NCBI GenBank assembly: GCA_045837725.1
Contig: JBEWZL010000247.1
Location: forward strand, 46,730 to 66,729
Direction of reading: 5' to 3'
Origin: Vermamoeba vermiformis
Taxonomy: Eukaryota
Length of the DNA: 20,000 nucleotides
Shown here: piece after piece, positions 10,678-20,000 of the stretch
How the letters are laid out: each line of letters opens with the position of its first letter
Numbering within the stretch: the stretch's first letter is position 1
Program-made: the position numbers and the translations under genes
Notes under the pieces: generated by a model
Databases searched by the model: none
Told to the model about the DNA's origin: nothing
Seen by the model: the letters and a program-made list of their open reading frames with translations, nothing else

Positions 10678-10750
10678 ATTGCACGATCACCACGGGCACT
10701 ACGCCTGTTGCAACTCCGACACGATAATAACGATCAAAACACCTTTTGAA
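10678..10750 (-). repeat. Third, partial copy of the TM exon of the 18154 gene
   Basis: ttgcacgatcaccacgggcactacg...gcaactccgac-acgataat matches 18298..18369 and 9940..10010. Confidence 0.85.
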
Positions 10751-12677
10751 GATACTATCAAATCAATTCGTTTGCGCATGATTGTGTTCAGTTATTGAAT
10801 TAACTGTGGCTCGCGATCCGACTCGAATTTGGTCCGCGATCTCAGATGGCTCAGCTTAATCCTAGAATACTTCGTTAGAATATTGATGAAAAGATCATAA
10901 TACGTGCCATTAGTAGCAGATGATGTGCCAAAGAGTACCGTTAGTCAACGTTGTTAGGATCTAACTCCGTTGATTTCGGCAAACGAGTTTCCTTCTCGAA
11001 TAACTTTCCTTGCTTAAGCTGTGCTTATTCCGATTGAATGCCCATCTTGCTGATGAACTCAGTCTTATTGACGTTGCTGCTCCAAAGAAGTTGTCGGTTC
11101 TGGTGATCGCGGATGCGTTCAATGCCTGGTGCGAAGAGTCTCTTCCTGTTAACAATACACTTCATATTGCAAGAAGAGGCCTCTAGATCGTTGGGGCGTT
11201 TGTCCAAGTACTGACAGATGAGATGATTGGTCTACTTAGGGCAGCCAAATCAATTGGCCATGCCACAATGATACGTGCCAAATAAATTACGTAGTATTCT
11301 TTCTGCTCGTGCAATTTACGTGTTTCTTTAAGCATCAACTTTGCTAATGTCGATAGTTAGATAAGTATCAGTTTATGACCATATTTAAAGTTTGTCTGTC
11401 TGTCTTACCTCGTGCCAGATTGCTGATGCTTTCAGAAACGAGATATAGGCACAACTTGCCGCGGCGATCAATAACAACCTGAAATTAGTTCGTTAAAAGG
11501 TGGATTAGATCCCGGAATAATGTTTTTCATTTCAGTCAATGAATGTACCTCAAAAGGCTGCAGTATTATACATTTAATTTTAAAAAAAATTACGGCTTCT
11601 TGCAAATTAGGAGCCAAAATAAAACTGACGAGCTCCCAAATCCTGCATCGATATTAAACGGATCGGCAAGCGGACACTGGAAGCCTTCGCAAAAAATATT
11701 ATTAATTTATGGTAATAATATTACTAGGAGTAAGTTTCAAATCGCAAAAGTCTAGAGATGAGATGAAAAACTCGTTATTTGACCTTACCTTACGCAAACG
11801 AAAATATTGCTAGTATATAATTAAAGCAAGCAAGTTTTTGCCGTCCTCCATAGTGTTGAAAATGCTAAATGTCTTTCTGGCTCTAAACACTGATCTGGAA
11901 ACTTTTCGCGGTTGGAACGTCCAACACAGGGATCAACACCACCCGCTTGCAATTTAACAATTTAAGCTACGTAGTTCAATTTTTAATTATTGAAGAGCCT
12001 GGACAAGCTCGATGCGTGGCAACCGTTGCTTGCACAAAGTAGTCATGACTACCCAAGGTTCAGTAGGTGTTTCGCACCCACGCGAAATACAATCTAAGAG
12101 CGTATGTATAAATAAGCATATTTCTAATTTTGGTTTAGTCGAGCCAAGTTCTATAATATTATAGAAAAATTATTTAATATTTTATTCTAATTAATTGAAA
12201 CCAGTTATGGCGATGAACTATCCCATAAATCCCATCCGAATTAACAATAAAGATTGGTGAAGATTAAGACTAAATTTGGACCCGGGAACCCGAAACTCAA
12301 TCACATCCCACGCTGACCGACGAGATCCAATGCTGAAAATAGATAGTTTGTGACGAACCTCGCTAAGAGCATTCAAGTGCAATAGGGAGTTAACAATTAG
12401 TACAAGTGGAAAGAAGAAGCATCGCGATCCCAGGCAAAATTCCGCGTGTCAATCACAAAAGTCGGCACAAGCAGAAATACCGTATATAAGGTACAATTCG
12501 CGGCAAAATGCACACCAATATACTGGTACTAATGCTTGGCAGCGTTATTGAAGCTAAAATGAAGTTTTGAGTTGAAGCGGAATAACTTGGGACCCAAGTG
12601 CTCAATTTAATCGTTAATTAATTCTATCGTCAACTTTTGAAGCAACAACCACAAGTGTGATAGTTTAGAGGTTAACA

Positions 12678-14028
12678 ATGTCGATTGTAATCGCCGAAGA
12701 TGGTACGTACGCATCTGTTACTGCTCGGGCTGACTAGCGTTTATTTAGAGTATCTTGCAAACTTGCCAGGCACTGCCGTTACAGAAATGGCCAGTGAGAT
12801 TGGTTACAAAGATGGATGGAAAAAAATTGGCTTGCACTTTCAACCAGAAGTCAAGTACGAAATCTTGACAAAACAACATCCGCATCTGATGTTTAATGGC
12901 GGCGACATCGCTTACTGCAAAGTAATGATCGACGAAATTGCAAAACAAAATGTGACAATGGGTCAATTTCTGAAAGTTGTGGATGAGGTTGGCCTCAAAT
13001 CCTCTGCGCATAATTTTCGACAAAAATATGTTCTAAAACCGTAAGCGAATAACCTCAAACAATTTTTTAAACTCATCTCTAATCATTTTGATAGGGGCCA
13101 TGCTCGGGCACATCCGCCTCCACCAAACAACAATAACAATGCTCCCGGTCCAGCCCTGCAAGCACCCGAAGTCAAGGAGCCTGACTTTACAAAAGAAGAG
13201 TGGTACGTGAATAAGAACCCATTGATTCGTAGCGTGTCAAACGAAGAGTTCGCCGAGCTCCAAACTGTGCCAGTCGCGATCTTCGTTGTCAACGACATTG
13301 AAAGAAACGCCGTTCTGCGTGACTTCAATCCTCTTCAAGGCAAGGAGTGCTTGGTCAGAGTCAAGAGAAGCGGCCAGTACTACATTGTAGGTCGCTTTGG
13401 AAACTACAACGCAGTTCTCGTTCAAACAGACATGGGCGGAGATTCTGTGCTGTCATTTGACCGAACTATTTCAGACTGGCAATGCAAGATATTAATTGCC
13501 ATTGGCGTTGCCTGGGGAAGCGATCCAAATAGACAAAAACTCGGCGATGTGCTTGTTGCCAAGGAGGTCGCAGTGTACGGTGACAACGACAAGGTGCAGA
13601 ACGGAACGTACAACATTCGTTCACACATCCCCAAGGCCGGCACCAACATCTTGAAGAGCTTGAAGGAGTACCAAGGCGATTGGGAATTCAAGTACGACAA
13701 CAAAAAGTCAAAGGTTCATATTGGTCGAATCATCTCCGCTGGCTTGTTGGTGAATGATCAGGCAATGAAGACGCAACTTCTCCAAATTCCTCAGCACGAA
13801 TTAGTCGACATCATTGGAGGCGACATGGAGGCCAAGGCACTTGCTCACGTCGTTGCTGAAAACAACCTCAAGGTCCAAGAGTGGGTCATGGTGAAGGGTA
13901 TTTGCGACTGGGCTGATGGCAACAAGCACAAGGGATACCAGCCACTTGCTGCCGCTGCTGCCTCAGACTTCGTGAAGTTTGTTCTCTCTCAGCCAGACGT
14001 GTTAGACGATATCATTCACCCGAAATAA
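12678..14028 (+). CDS. Death-like domain (subtype B) fused to a PNP_UDP_1 nucleoside phosphorylase/nucleosidase; join(12678..12702,12749..13040,13095..14028), 416 aa
   Basis: Introns GTACGT..TTTAG (46 nt) and GTAAGC..TGATAG (54 nt) join the two track ORFs in frame (1251 nt total), via a Pro/Asn-rich linker. PNP-family motifs: IGVAWG..QKLGDVLVA, VHIGRIISAG, GGDMEA, KGICDWADGNK..YQPLAAAAA. Confidence 0.9.
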
Positions 14029-14383
14029 TAGAAAAGAACACGAGTTAGTGCACACTAAATAAATAAATTCATTCTAGAATATCTGCACAATTCTCCGCCG
14101 ATAAATTTAAGTCATTACCCTTGCAACTTGCAAGGCAATTATTAACCTACGCATATATTTACTTTCTTTACAACCATAATATAAGAATAGCAAAACCAAC
14201 AATTTATAGCGGAACAACTACAAAAACTAGCTAGATGTCACTATCGTCACTTGATTGAAAGCGGCGCAAGATACAAACACAATCGCAGCGTTACAATAGA
14301 AAGGCAGAAATTTTCTCTGGTCTGAACGGTCAAGCTTTTCGGGTAGTTCCGTAGCAACTCAAGCGTATTATTTCTAGTTTCAG

Positions 14384-15175
14384 ATGGCAAAATTCCTTTC
14401 AGAAGTACCGCATCTGGACCTCGACATAATTGCCGAAAAATGCTCTACTGGCGAATGGAAGCGGATTGGTCTCAGTTTTGAGAAAACACACGGCTTTGTC
14501 ATTAAATATAACCAGCTGAAAGCCAAGCACTTGCACGCTGACGACGAAACCTTGTGCAAAGAAATGTTTGCTGAATTGGCTAATAGAGCAATTAAAATTA
14601 AGCAACTTGTGTCCGTTCTTGAAGACTCGCGGATAGGTCTGTCCTCCGTGGCGGGATATCTCCGTAAACTTATGAAGAAGAGCCAAGAAGATGAAGAGAG
14701 TGATGACGAAGATGAGGATGAAGACGAAGATAGTGATGAAGAAGACGATGATGAGGAAGAAGAAGACTCCACCGATATCGACGATGTTGCGGAGTTTCTG
14801 GCGCTAAAATACTTGTCAAAGAAAAGAGCCCGAAAGGAAGAAAGCGACGAAGATGAGCCGCCAAAAAAAAAGAAAAAAACCGGCTCGATAAGCACAACCA
14901 AATTAGTGAAGTTGCTAAATCACCTCACCAAAGATGAAGTCTCCGCAATATATGAGGCCAGCAATAAGAACAACAGCGCTGGAAGAAGTTCGAAAGGAGA
15001 GCTGATTGATTTGATTGAACTCGAAGTCACCACCGCACAAAAGTTAAAAAGAGTGTTATTGGAGGCTCTTTACAGAGATTCGTTGGTAGACTACGCTCGC
15101 CACATCGGTGTAGGTACGGCAAAAATGAAAGCAGGCGAAGCTGCTGACGCAATTGTTGCCCATTGCAAAACGTGA
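14384..15175 (+). CDS. Death-like domain (subtype A), acidic tract, NLS and two putative helix-extended-helix (SAP/Rho_N-like) repeats, 263 aa
   Basis: aa 1-97 align with the 6163 and 15936 N-termini (WKRIGLSFEKTH...LEDSRIGL). Followed by a D/E tract, basic motifs KKRARK and PPKKKKK, and C-terminal LNHLTKDEV..I....SSKGELIDLI and LEALYRDSLVDYARHIGVGTAKMKAGEAADAI. Confidence 0.85.
   Translation: MAKFLSEVPHLDLDIIAEKCSTGEWKRIGLSFEKTHGFVIKYNQLKAKHLHADDETLCKEMFAELANRAIKIKQLVSVLEDSRIGLSSVAGYLRKLMKKSQEDEESDDEDEDEDEDSDEEDDDEEEEDSTDIDDVAEFLALKYLSKKRARKEESDEDEPPKKKKKTGSISTTKLVKLLNHLTKDEVSAIYEASNKNNSAGRSSKGELIDLIELEVTTAQKLKRVLLEALYRDSLVDYARHIGVGTAKMKAGEAADAIVAHCKT
14686..14790 (+). repeat. Low-complexity GAW/GAN codon tract encoding poly-Asp/Glu
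   Basis: gaagatgaagagagtgatgacgaagatgaggatgaagacgaagat... inside the 14384 CDS. Confidence 0.8.
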
Positions 15176-15935
15176 AAGTGACCAACATGTCATACCTAAA
15201 ATAGCTTGCAACACGATCACGATACTTTGTATCATCTAAATCATAAACGGTCTATATTAGATAAAAATTGTAAACGAACACAAAATTGACGACAAAGAAC
15301 TCAGATCTAAAACTACTACAATCAATAACCCTTAATTTAGCTAAGATACAACGATTTACTACAATGACAAAGGACGAGATATCGCTCCGTGTGGATCGTC
15401 GATGGTGATCGTATTTCCGCCGGCCACTTGCTGGTATCTGAACAAAGAATCATTTTTGTATTGCAGACGCCACGGTTTTACGTTTTGTATGAACATCGTA
15501 CTGGTTTAGCTCGCCGGCTGAAGTAATTAATTTCGTTTGGCCGTCATTTTTGCGAGACAACTGGTAGAGTGACCATTATACCACTCTCAATGCATTTATT
15601 ATCAATAGTAAGAGGAAAAGAATGGAAAACGAATATGCTGCAATGGCGAACAAAGCGGAACAACTCATATTATATTTTAAACTCCGCATGTAGAAGTCAC
15701 TTGAATAAAAAGAGCACTATTACAATTTGCAATTGAAGGTAATTATTTAGCATCATCGATATATTTAAAATAAAAATCGAAATGGTGTTATTAATAAATC
15801 TGGAAGAGGCTCATCTATGTTTGAAAATTTTTCTAATGACATGGTTATCCTGATACGGTTGGCCATTCTAAAATAAATAGTATGCAGATTTTTGATTGAC
15901 CACTTTTTAGGATTTCGATTTTACAGACGTCGTGG

Positions 15936-18144
15936 ATGACGGAAGCTCGAGCTGAGTCACTTTCAGAACTTCTGGATATTGACCTGGAAGAAATTGCCGA
16001 TCAATGCTTGGGTGGCAATTGGCAACGCATTGGTATTTACTTTCAGAAAACACACAGTGGATTCACCATTAAATACAAGGAAATTCAATCCAAGCATCCT
16101 ACCGGAACTCCCGATGATATACTTCTACGAGATATGTTTTATAAGCTGGCAGAACAAGGAATAACTATTGAAGAACTGGCGTCGGCGCTGGAAGATTCCC
16201 GGATCGGCCTCGGTTCACTCGCCAAAATACTCCGAACGACACCCTTCACAAACAAAAACAAACTACAACCTCGAGCCGACACTAAGCCAATTTCATCGCC
16301 TGCTAGAATCAATACCGATCAAACGGCACGGGCAACAGGAGATCTACTCCAAGCTCCGTTTAGACAGACTTCAACAGAAGAATATTGCGTGAAAGTACTG
16401 CTTGTTCCGAGCGACGACGAGCTCTCTTCGACCCTGGACAATATGTTGAAAAGCTTCGGACTCCAACAGCTCCATGACTGCAAGACTCACGTTGTCTGGG
16501 TTAACTCTAAGAAGACTGCGTACGAAATGCTTCGTTACGTTATCAAGTTTCTGGTTGGAGACCGGGCCTCACTATTCAGTATCAATGACGCTCTACAACA
16601 CGTGAGTGAAGTGCTGTTCTTACTTCGGAACCAACATGAGGAAGCGAAGTGGCTTACGGTCGAAGAGTTTGACACTGGTGATTTACTTTCTGATGACGTT
16701 AGATTTTGCTTTCAAATCTTGTTCGAAACTCTAAAAGAGACCCTCAAGAGCGCAATACCACACCGCGTCTATGGAGTTTGCAAGCAATCATTGGATTCAT
16801 TGAAGTACGACGCCAAACTGGCACATTGGTTTTATGATACCACACGCAAAACAACGAAACGATTCTATTGCTGCGTCAAATTAGAAGAAGTAGATCGTGA
16901 ATTGAGAGACGTTGGCAACACCACTCAATCCGCTGTAATGCAGTGCACGTCCATCCCCACAAGAAAAGAAGCGACTTCATTCAGCAGCATCAATGTCTAC
17001 CTTTCCAGTTCGCTAGTGTTGCCGATCATGCTCAAGCTACATAAACGTGACATAGCCGATGCACTCAAAAAAAAAGGTCTCACGGTGAGATCCATCCATG
17101 AAGCGTGCATTCAAGATGTCATCGAAGCGCTTGCCAACCCAAAGAACAAAGACTGCCAAGTGGAACTCGAGGCAATGATTGAACGGATGGAACGAGATCA
17201 AGTTCCGTACTCGGCTGAATCAGCAAAGTGGGTAGCGATTGCAAGCAGCTATTGTCAGCGGCTAACTTTAGTCACTTACTACAGGCTTAAAATCGAATTT
17301 AATCATGCACGCTCACTAAAGCTAAAAATAATGGAGGAATTACCTCACAATGAAGGCCCAATTGATGAGTAAGTCATACTTGTATGTCTCATACAAAGTA
17401 ACGGTTTGTTTAGACCCGTAGTGAATAACCTCAAACAATTTTTTTTAACGTATCGCTAATCATTTTGATAGGGGCCAAGCTCGGGCACACCCGACTCCAC
17501 GAAAAAACAATAACAATGCTCTAGGTCCAGCCCAGCAACCCGAAGTCAAGGAGCCTGACTTTACAAAAGAAGAGTGGTACGATAAGGAGAACCCAATAAA
17601 TCATAGCGTGCCAAAAAAAGGGTTCACCAAGTTCCCAAAAGTGCGAGTCGCAATCGCCGAAGATGGTACGTACGCATCTGTTCCTGCTCGGGCTGACGGG
17701 AATTTATTTAGAGTATCTTGCAAACTTGCCAGGCACCGCCGTGACAGAAATGGCCAATGAGATTGGTTACAAAGACGGATGGAAAGACATTGGCTTGCAC
17801 TTTCAACCAGAAGTCAAGTACGAAATCTTGACAAAACAATATCCGCATCTGATGTTTAATGGCGACATCGCTTACTGCAAAGTAATGATCGACGAAATTG
17901 CAAAACAAAATGTGACAATGGGTCAATTTCTGAAAGTTGTGGATGAGGTTGGCCTCAAATCCTCTGCACATAATTTTCGACAAAAATATGTTCGAAAACA
18001 GTAAGTCAACCTCAAAGAATTTTTAAACACATCTCTAATCATTTTGATAGGGGCCTAGCTCGGTCACATCCACCTCCACAAAACATCAATGTTGGGCGTG
18101 GCGCAATAGCTAAAGCCGGAGTTATTTTCCATACCTACAAGTAA
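15936..18144 (+). CDS. Death(A), unknown central domain, linker, Death(B) protein; proposed join(15936..17368,17472..17665,17712..18000,18051..18144), 669 aa (unspliced form ends at 17372, 478 aa)
   Basis: The 478-aa ORF's stop overlaps a perfect donor (GA|GTAAGT). The acceptor CGCTAAT..TTTGATAG at 17471 restores the frame, the three downstream exons are stop-free, and the total of 2010 nt is divisible by 3. The ORF 15936..17372 is high confidence; the splice extension is moderate. Confidence 0.65.
17414..18080 (+). repeat. Rearranged duplication of the 5' part of the Death-PNP gene (17414..17650 ~ 13037..13280; 17651..18080 ~ 12688..13125)
   Basis: Shared strings include cccgaagtcaaggagcctgactttacaaaagaagagtggtac and atcgccgaagatggtacgtacgcatctgtt; the Death(B) exon is near-identical. 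Confidence 0.92.
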
Positions 18145-18153
18145 ATACAATTT

Positions 18154-19972
18154 TTATGCAGTAGTTTGCAACTCGTGCTCCATCTGCGCAGAAGGCAGCG
18201 TGCTCTGAGTGATCATCTTGCGTTGTTTGGCAGCTTCATCTTCGTCAAAGCCTTCGAACTCGTCTTGTGGTGACTGCGCCGCCTTCATTTTGTGTACTTG
18301 CACGATCACCACGGGCACTACGACTGCTGCAACTCCGACCACGATAATCACGATCAGAACTCCTATTGATGCTCCCTAAAGCGTAATACAATGTCGTTAG
18401 TTTCACATCAAAACACCGAAGCGGAACGAAAATTTCAAATTGTTGTTCGGTAATGAACAAGTTAGTTAATGCTAATTTGATATCCATATTCGATTATATT
18501 CCTGCTGGAATGTAGCTCGACATTTCGGGTTTCAACAGCATCAAAAATCGATTCCATCAATTTAAAAGGATGTGTATTATTTTTTACGGCCATTATTGAC
18601 GACGCCGTTTATACCAATAAATTAATTGAGGCACTTCAATAAGTTATATAATACCACAAAAGTATATAACTTACCTCACCAATGCCAAACAATCCACCCG
18701 AGTTGTTATTACTGTCGCCGTTGTTCGGAGATTGAGTGCCCATGCCTGGCTGTTGAGTCGTGATCAGCACGGGATACGACAGTGCAATTGACTGCGCGTA
18801 TTGTTTGCCCAGCGAGGACCAGCAGTACGCCAATCCACCGAATGATTGTGAAACTGAAGCACTTAACGAGCACTCAAGTGTTTGTGCACTGAGATACGAC
18901 GTGTTTGTGCGAATGGTCAGTGTCACCGTGCAGTTCATGTCACGTGACAAGTTAGTGCATTCTGCTTGTGGCGTGGAGGTGATCAACAGTGATTGGTCCG
19001 AACACGTCAGATCTGCCGTGAAGTTCGCACTTGATGGACCTAAATTAAGGAGCATAATGTTACTAAATTATATTCAATAAAACTAGTATTGATAATAGAG
19101 TTTGGAATAAATCCGTTTTGAAAATGCATCCGAATCTACTACAGACGAAGATATTTTGATTGTAACGTACCACTATTACGTATCTGAGCTGTTAAGAACT
19201 TTGTAAATGCAACTTGATCACTCGTTGACCATTCAACTTGACTCCAGCCAATCAAGTTCATTGACGACAACTCCGGATCTGACTCGTGTTGTGACCACCA
19301 CTCTTTGTCCATCAGCAAGTACGACTCACTCGCAATGACATCATCGCTGTAGTCCAAGCAGTAGTTGTACGGTGCTTGCATGGTGATAGACTGCGTGAAC
19401 TGTTTGCCTTTTGAGGACCAGCAAGTGGCACGTGTCACACTCACTTGCCAGTTGCACGTGATTGACACGTTGCTCAGACCTGGCGAGCCCAAGTACAGCA
19501 CTGGCACTTGAACTGTCAACGTGGCACCAGCGTCAATGAGAACTGTCACTGAACTTCCATAAATGGAAATAGTGTTATCTCCCGTCGAGATCTGACACTG
19601 ATCGACAGTGACGTTGAACTCGCCTTGAAGATTGCCTCCGTTTTTGACTGACGATGACACTAGCACTGTGAAGTTCTGAGGATTGTTTGCTGAAGTCCAT
19701 GCGAGAGGTGTGATTGCGAACGGATTCTACGGGACGTGTTAGCATCGATACTTCCATTTATGGTAATAATGTATCGTACCTGCTGAGCAGCAAATGGATT
19801 AGGATTGACGCGCCAAACAGACTCGCTGTACACGAGGAATGGTTGACCCAATGCAGTGACTGTACTCGAGTCCGTGCAGCCGTTCTCGAGTGAGAAATCC
19901 ATCATCGATGTAACGTACTTGTTCGATGAACTCCACAACTTTTGTTGCGGAATTGAAATGAAAAAACTGCAG
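18154..19972 (-). CDS. 3' part of a type I single-pass membrane protein with two Cys-containing Ig/CARDB-like repeats; complement(join(18154..18375,18675..19062,19143..19726,19780..19972)), 5' end beyond the window
   Basis: GT-AG introns at 19727..19779, 19063..19142 and 18376..18674 join the track ORFs in frame. The repeats share N.G....F...C...C...CWSS.GKQ..QSI. TM is GASIGVLIVIIVVGVAAVVVPVVIV, followed by a short charged tail. Confidence 0.75.
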
Positions 19973-20000
19973 CTGTACAGCAAATATTAATTAGAATTGC

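Noticed and set aside
10942-11210. Possible minus-strand coding remnant (YLDKRPNDLE...MGIQSE*AQLKQGKLF)
   Set aside because: Has an internal stop and no recognisable family; too weak to call.
12700-13044. Track ORF MVRTHLLLLG... (and its copy 17663..18004) as standalone small secreted proteins
   Set aside because: The hydrophobic N-terminus is translated intron (GTACGT..TTTAG) and the stop lies in the next donor site; these are internal exons.
14119-14135. Perfect inverted repeat ccttgcaa-c-ttgcaagg after the PNP gene
   Set aside because: Short, 1-nt loop, no U-tract, eukaryotic context; not a terminator and may be chance.
14380-14901. Ser-rich minus-strand ORF
   Set aside because: Antisense shadow of the Asp/Glu tract of the 14384 gene.
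6163-17372. Bacterial defence operon or contaminant (long intronless ORFs plus PNP effector)
   Set aside because: Spliceosomal introns in the PNP gene match those of the flanking genes, intergenic gaps are long, and an NLS is present.

Overview
Eukaryotic genomic DNA, most likely from a protist and probably amoebozoan-like. The evidence is short 45-64 nt spliceosomal introns with (TA)CTAAY branch points and an Entamoeba-TMK-like receptor kinase. The left part is a tandem pair of LRR receptor genes on the minus strand: one complete 8-exon LRR-TM-kinase of about 1343 aa, and a downstream paralog whose 5' part carries a 1-bp frameshift. Divergently transcribed from these is a plus-strand cluster of four genes that share one ~95-aa Death-fold-like domain (five copies in two subtypes). 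They are: (1) Death(A)-degenerate NB-ARC-winged helix-TPR, an NLR-like protein; (2) a spliced Death(B)-PNP_UDP_1 nucleoside phosphorylase/nucleosidase; (3) Death(A)-acidic tract-NLS-two HeH/Rho_N-like repeats; (4) Death(A)-unknown domain, which can be spliced in frame to a near-identical copy of the effector's Death(B) domain, giving an ASC-like two-Death adaptor. Together this looks like a clustered sensor-adaptor-effector innate-immune or cell-death module (inference). Also present are decayed pseudogene fragments with a strong CpG-to-TpG/CpA signature, a CpG-depleted gene body, and the 3' part of a minus-strand type I membrane protein with two Ig-like repeats. All domain calls come from reading motifs by eye; no database searches were run.
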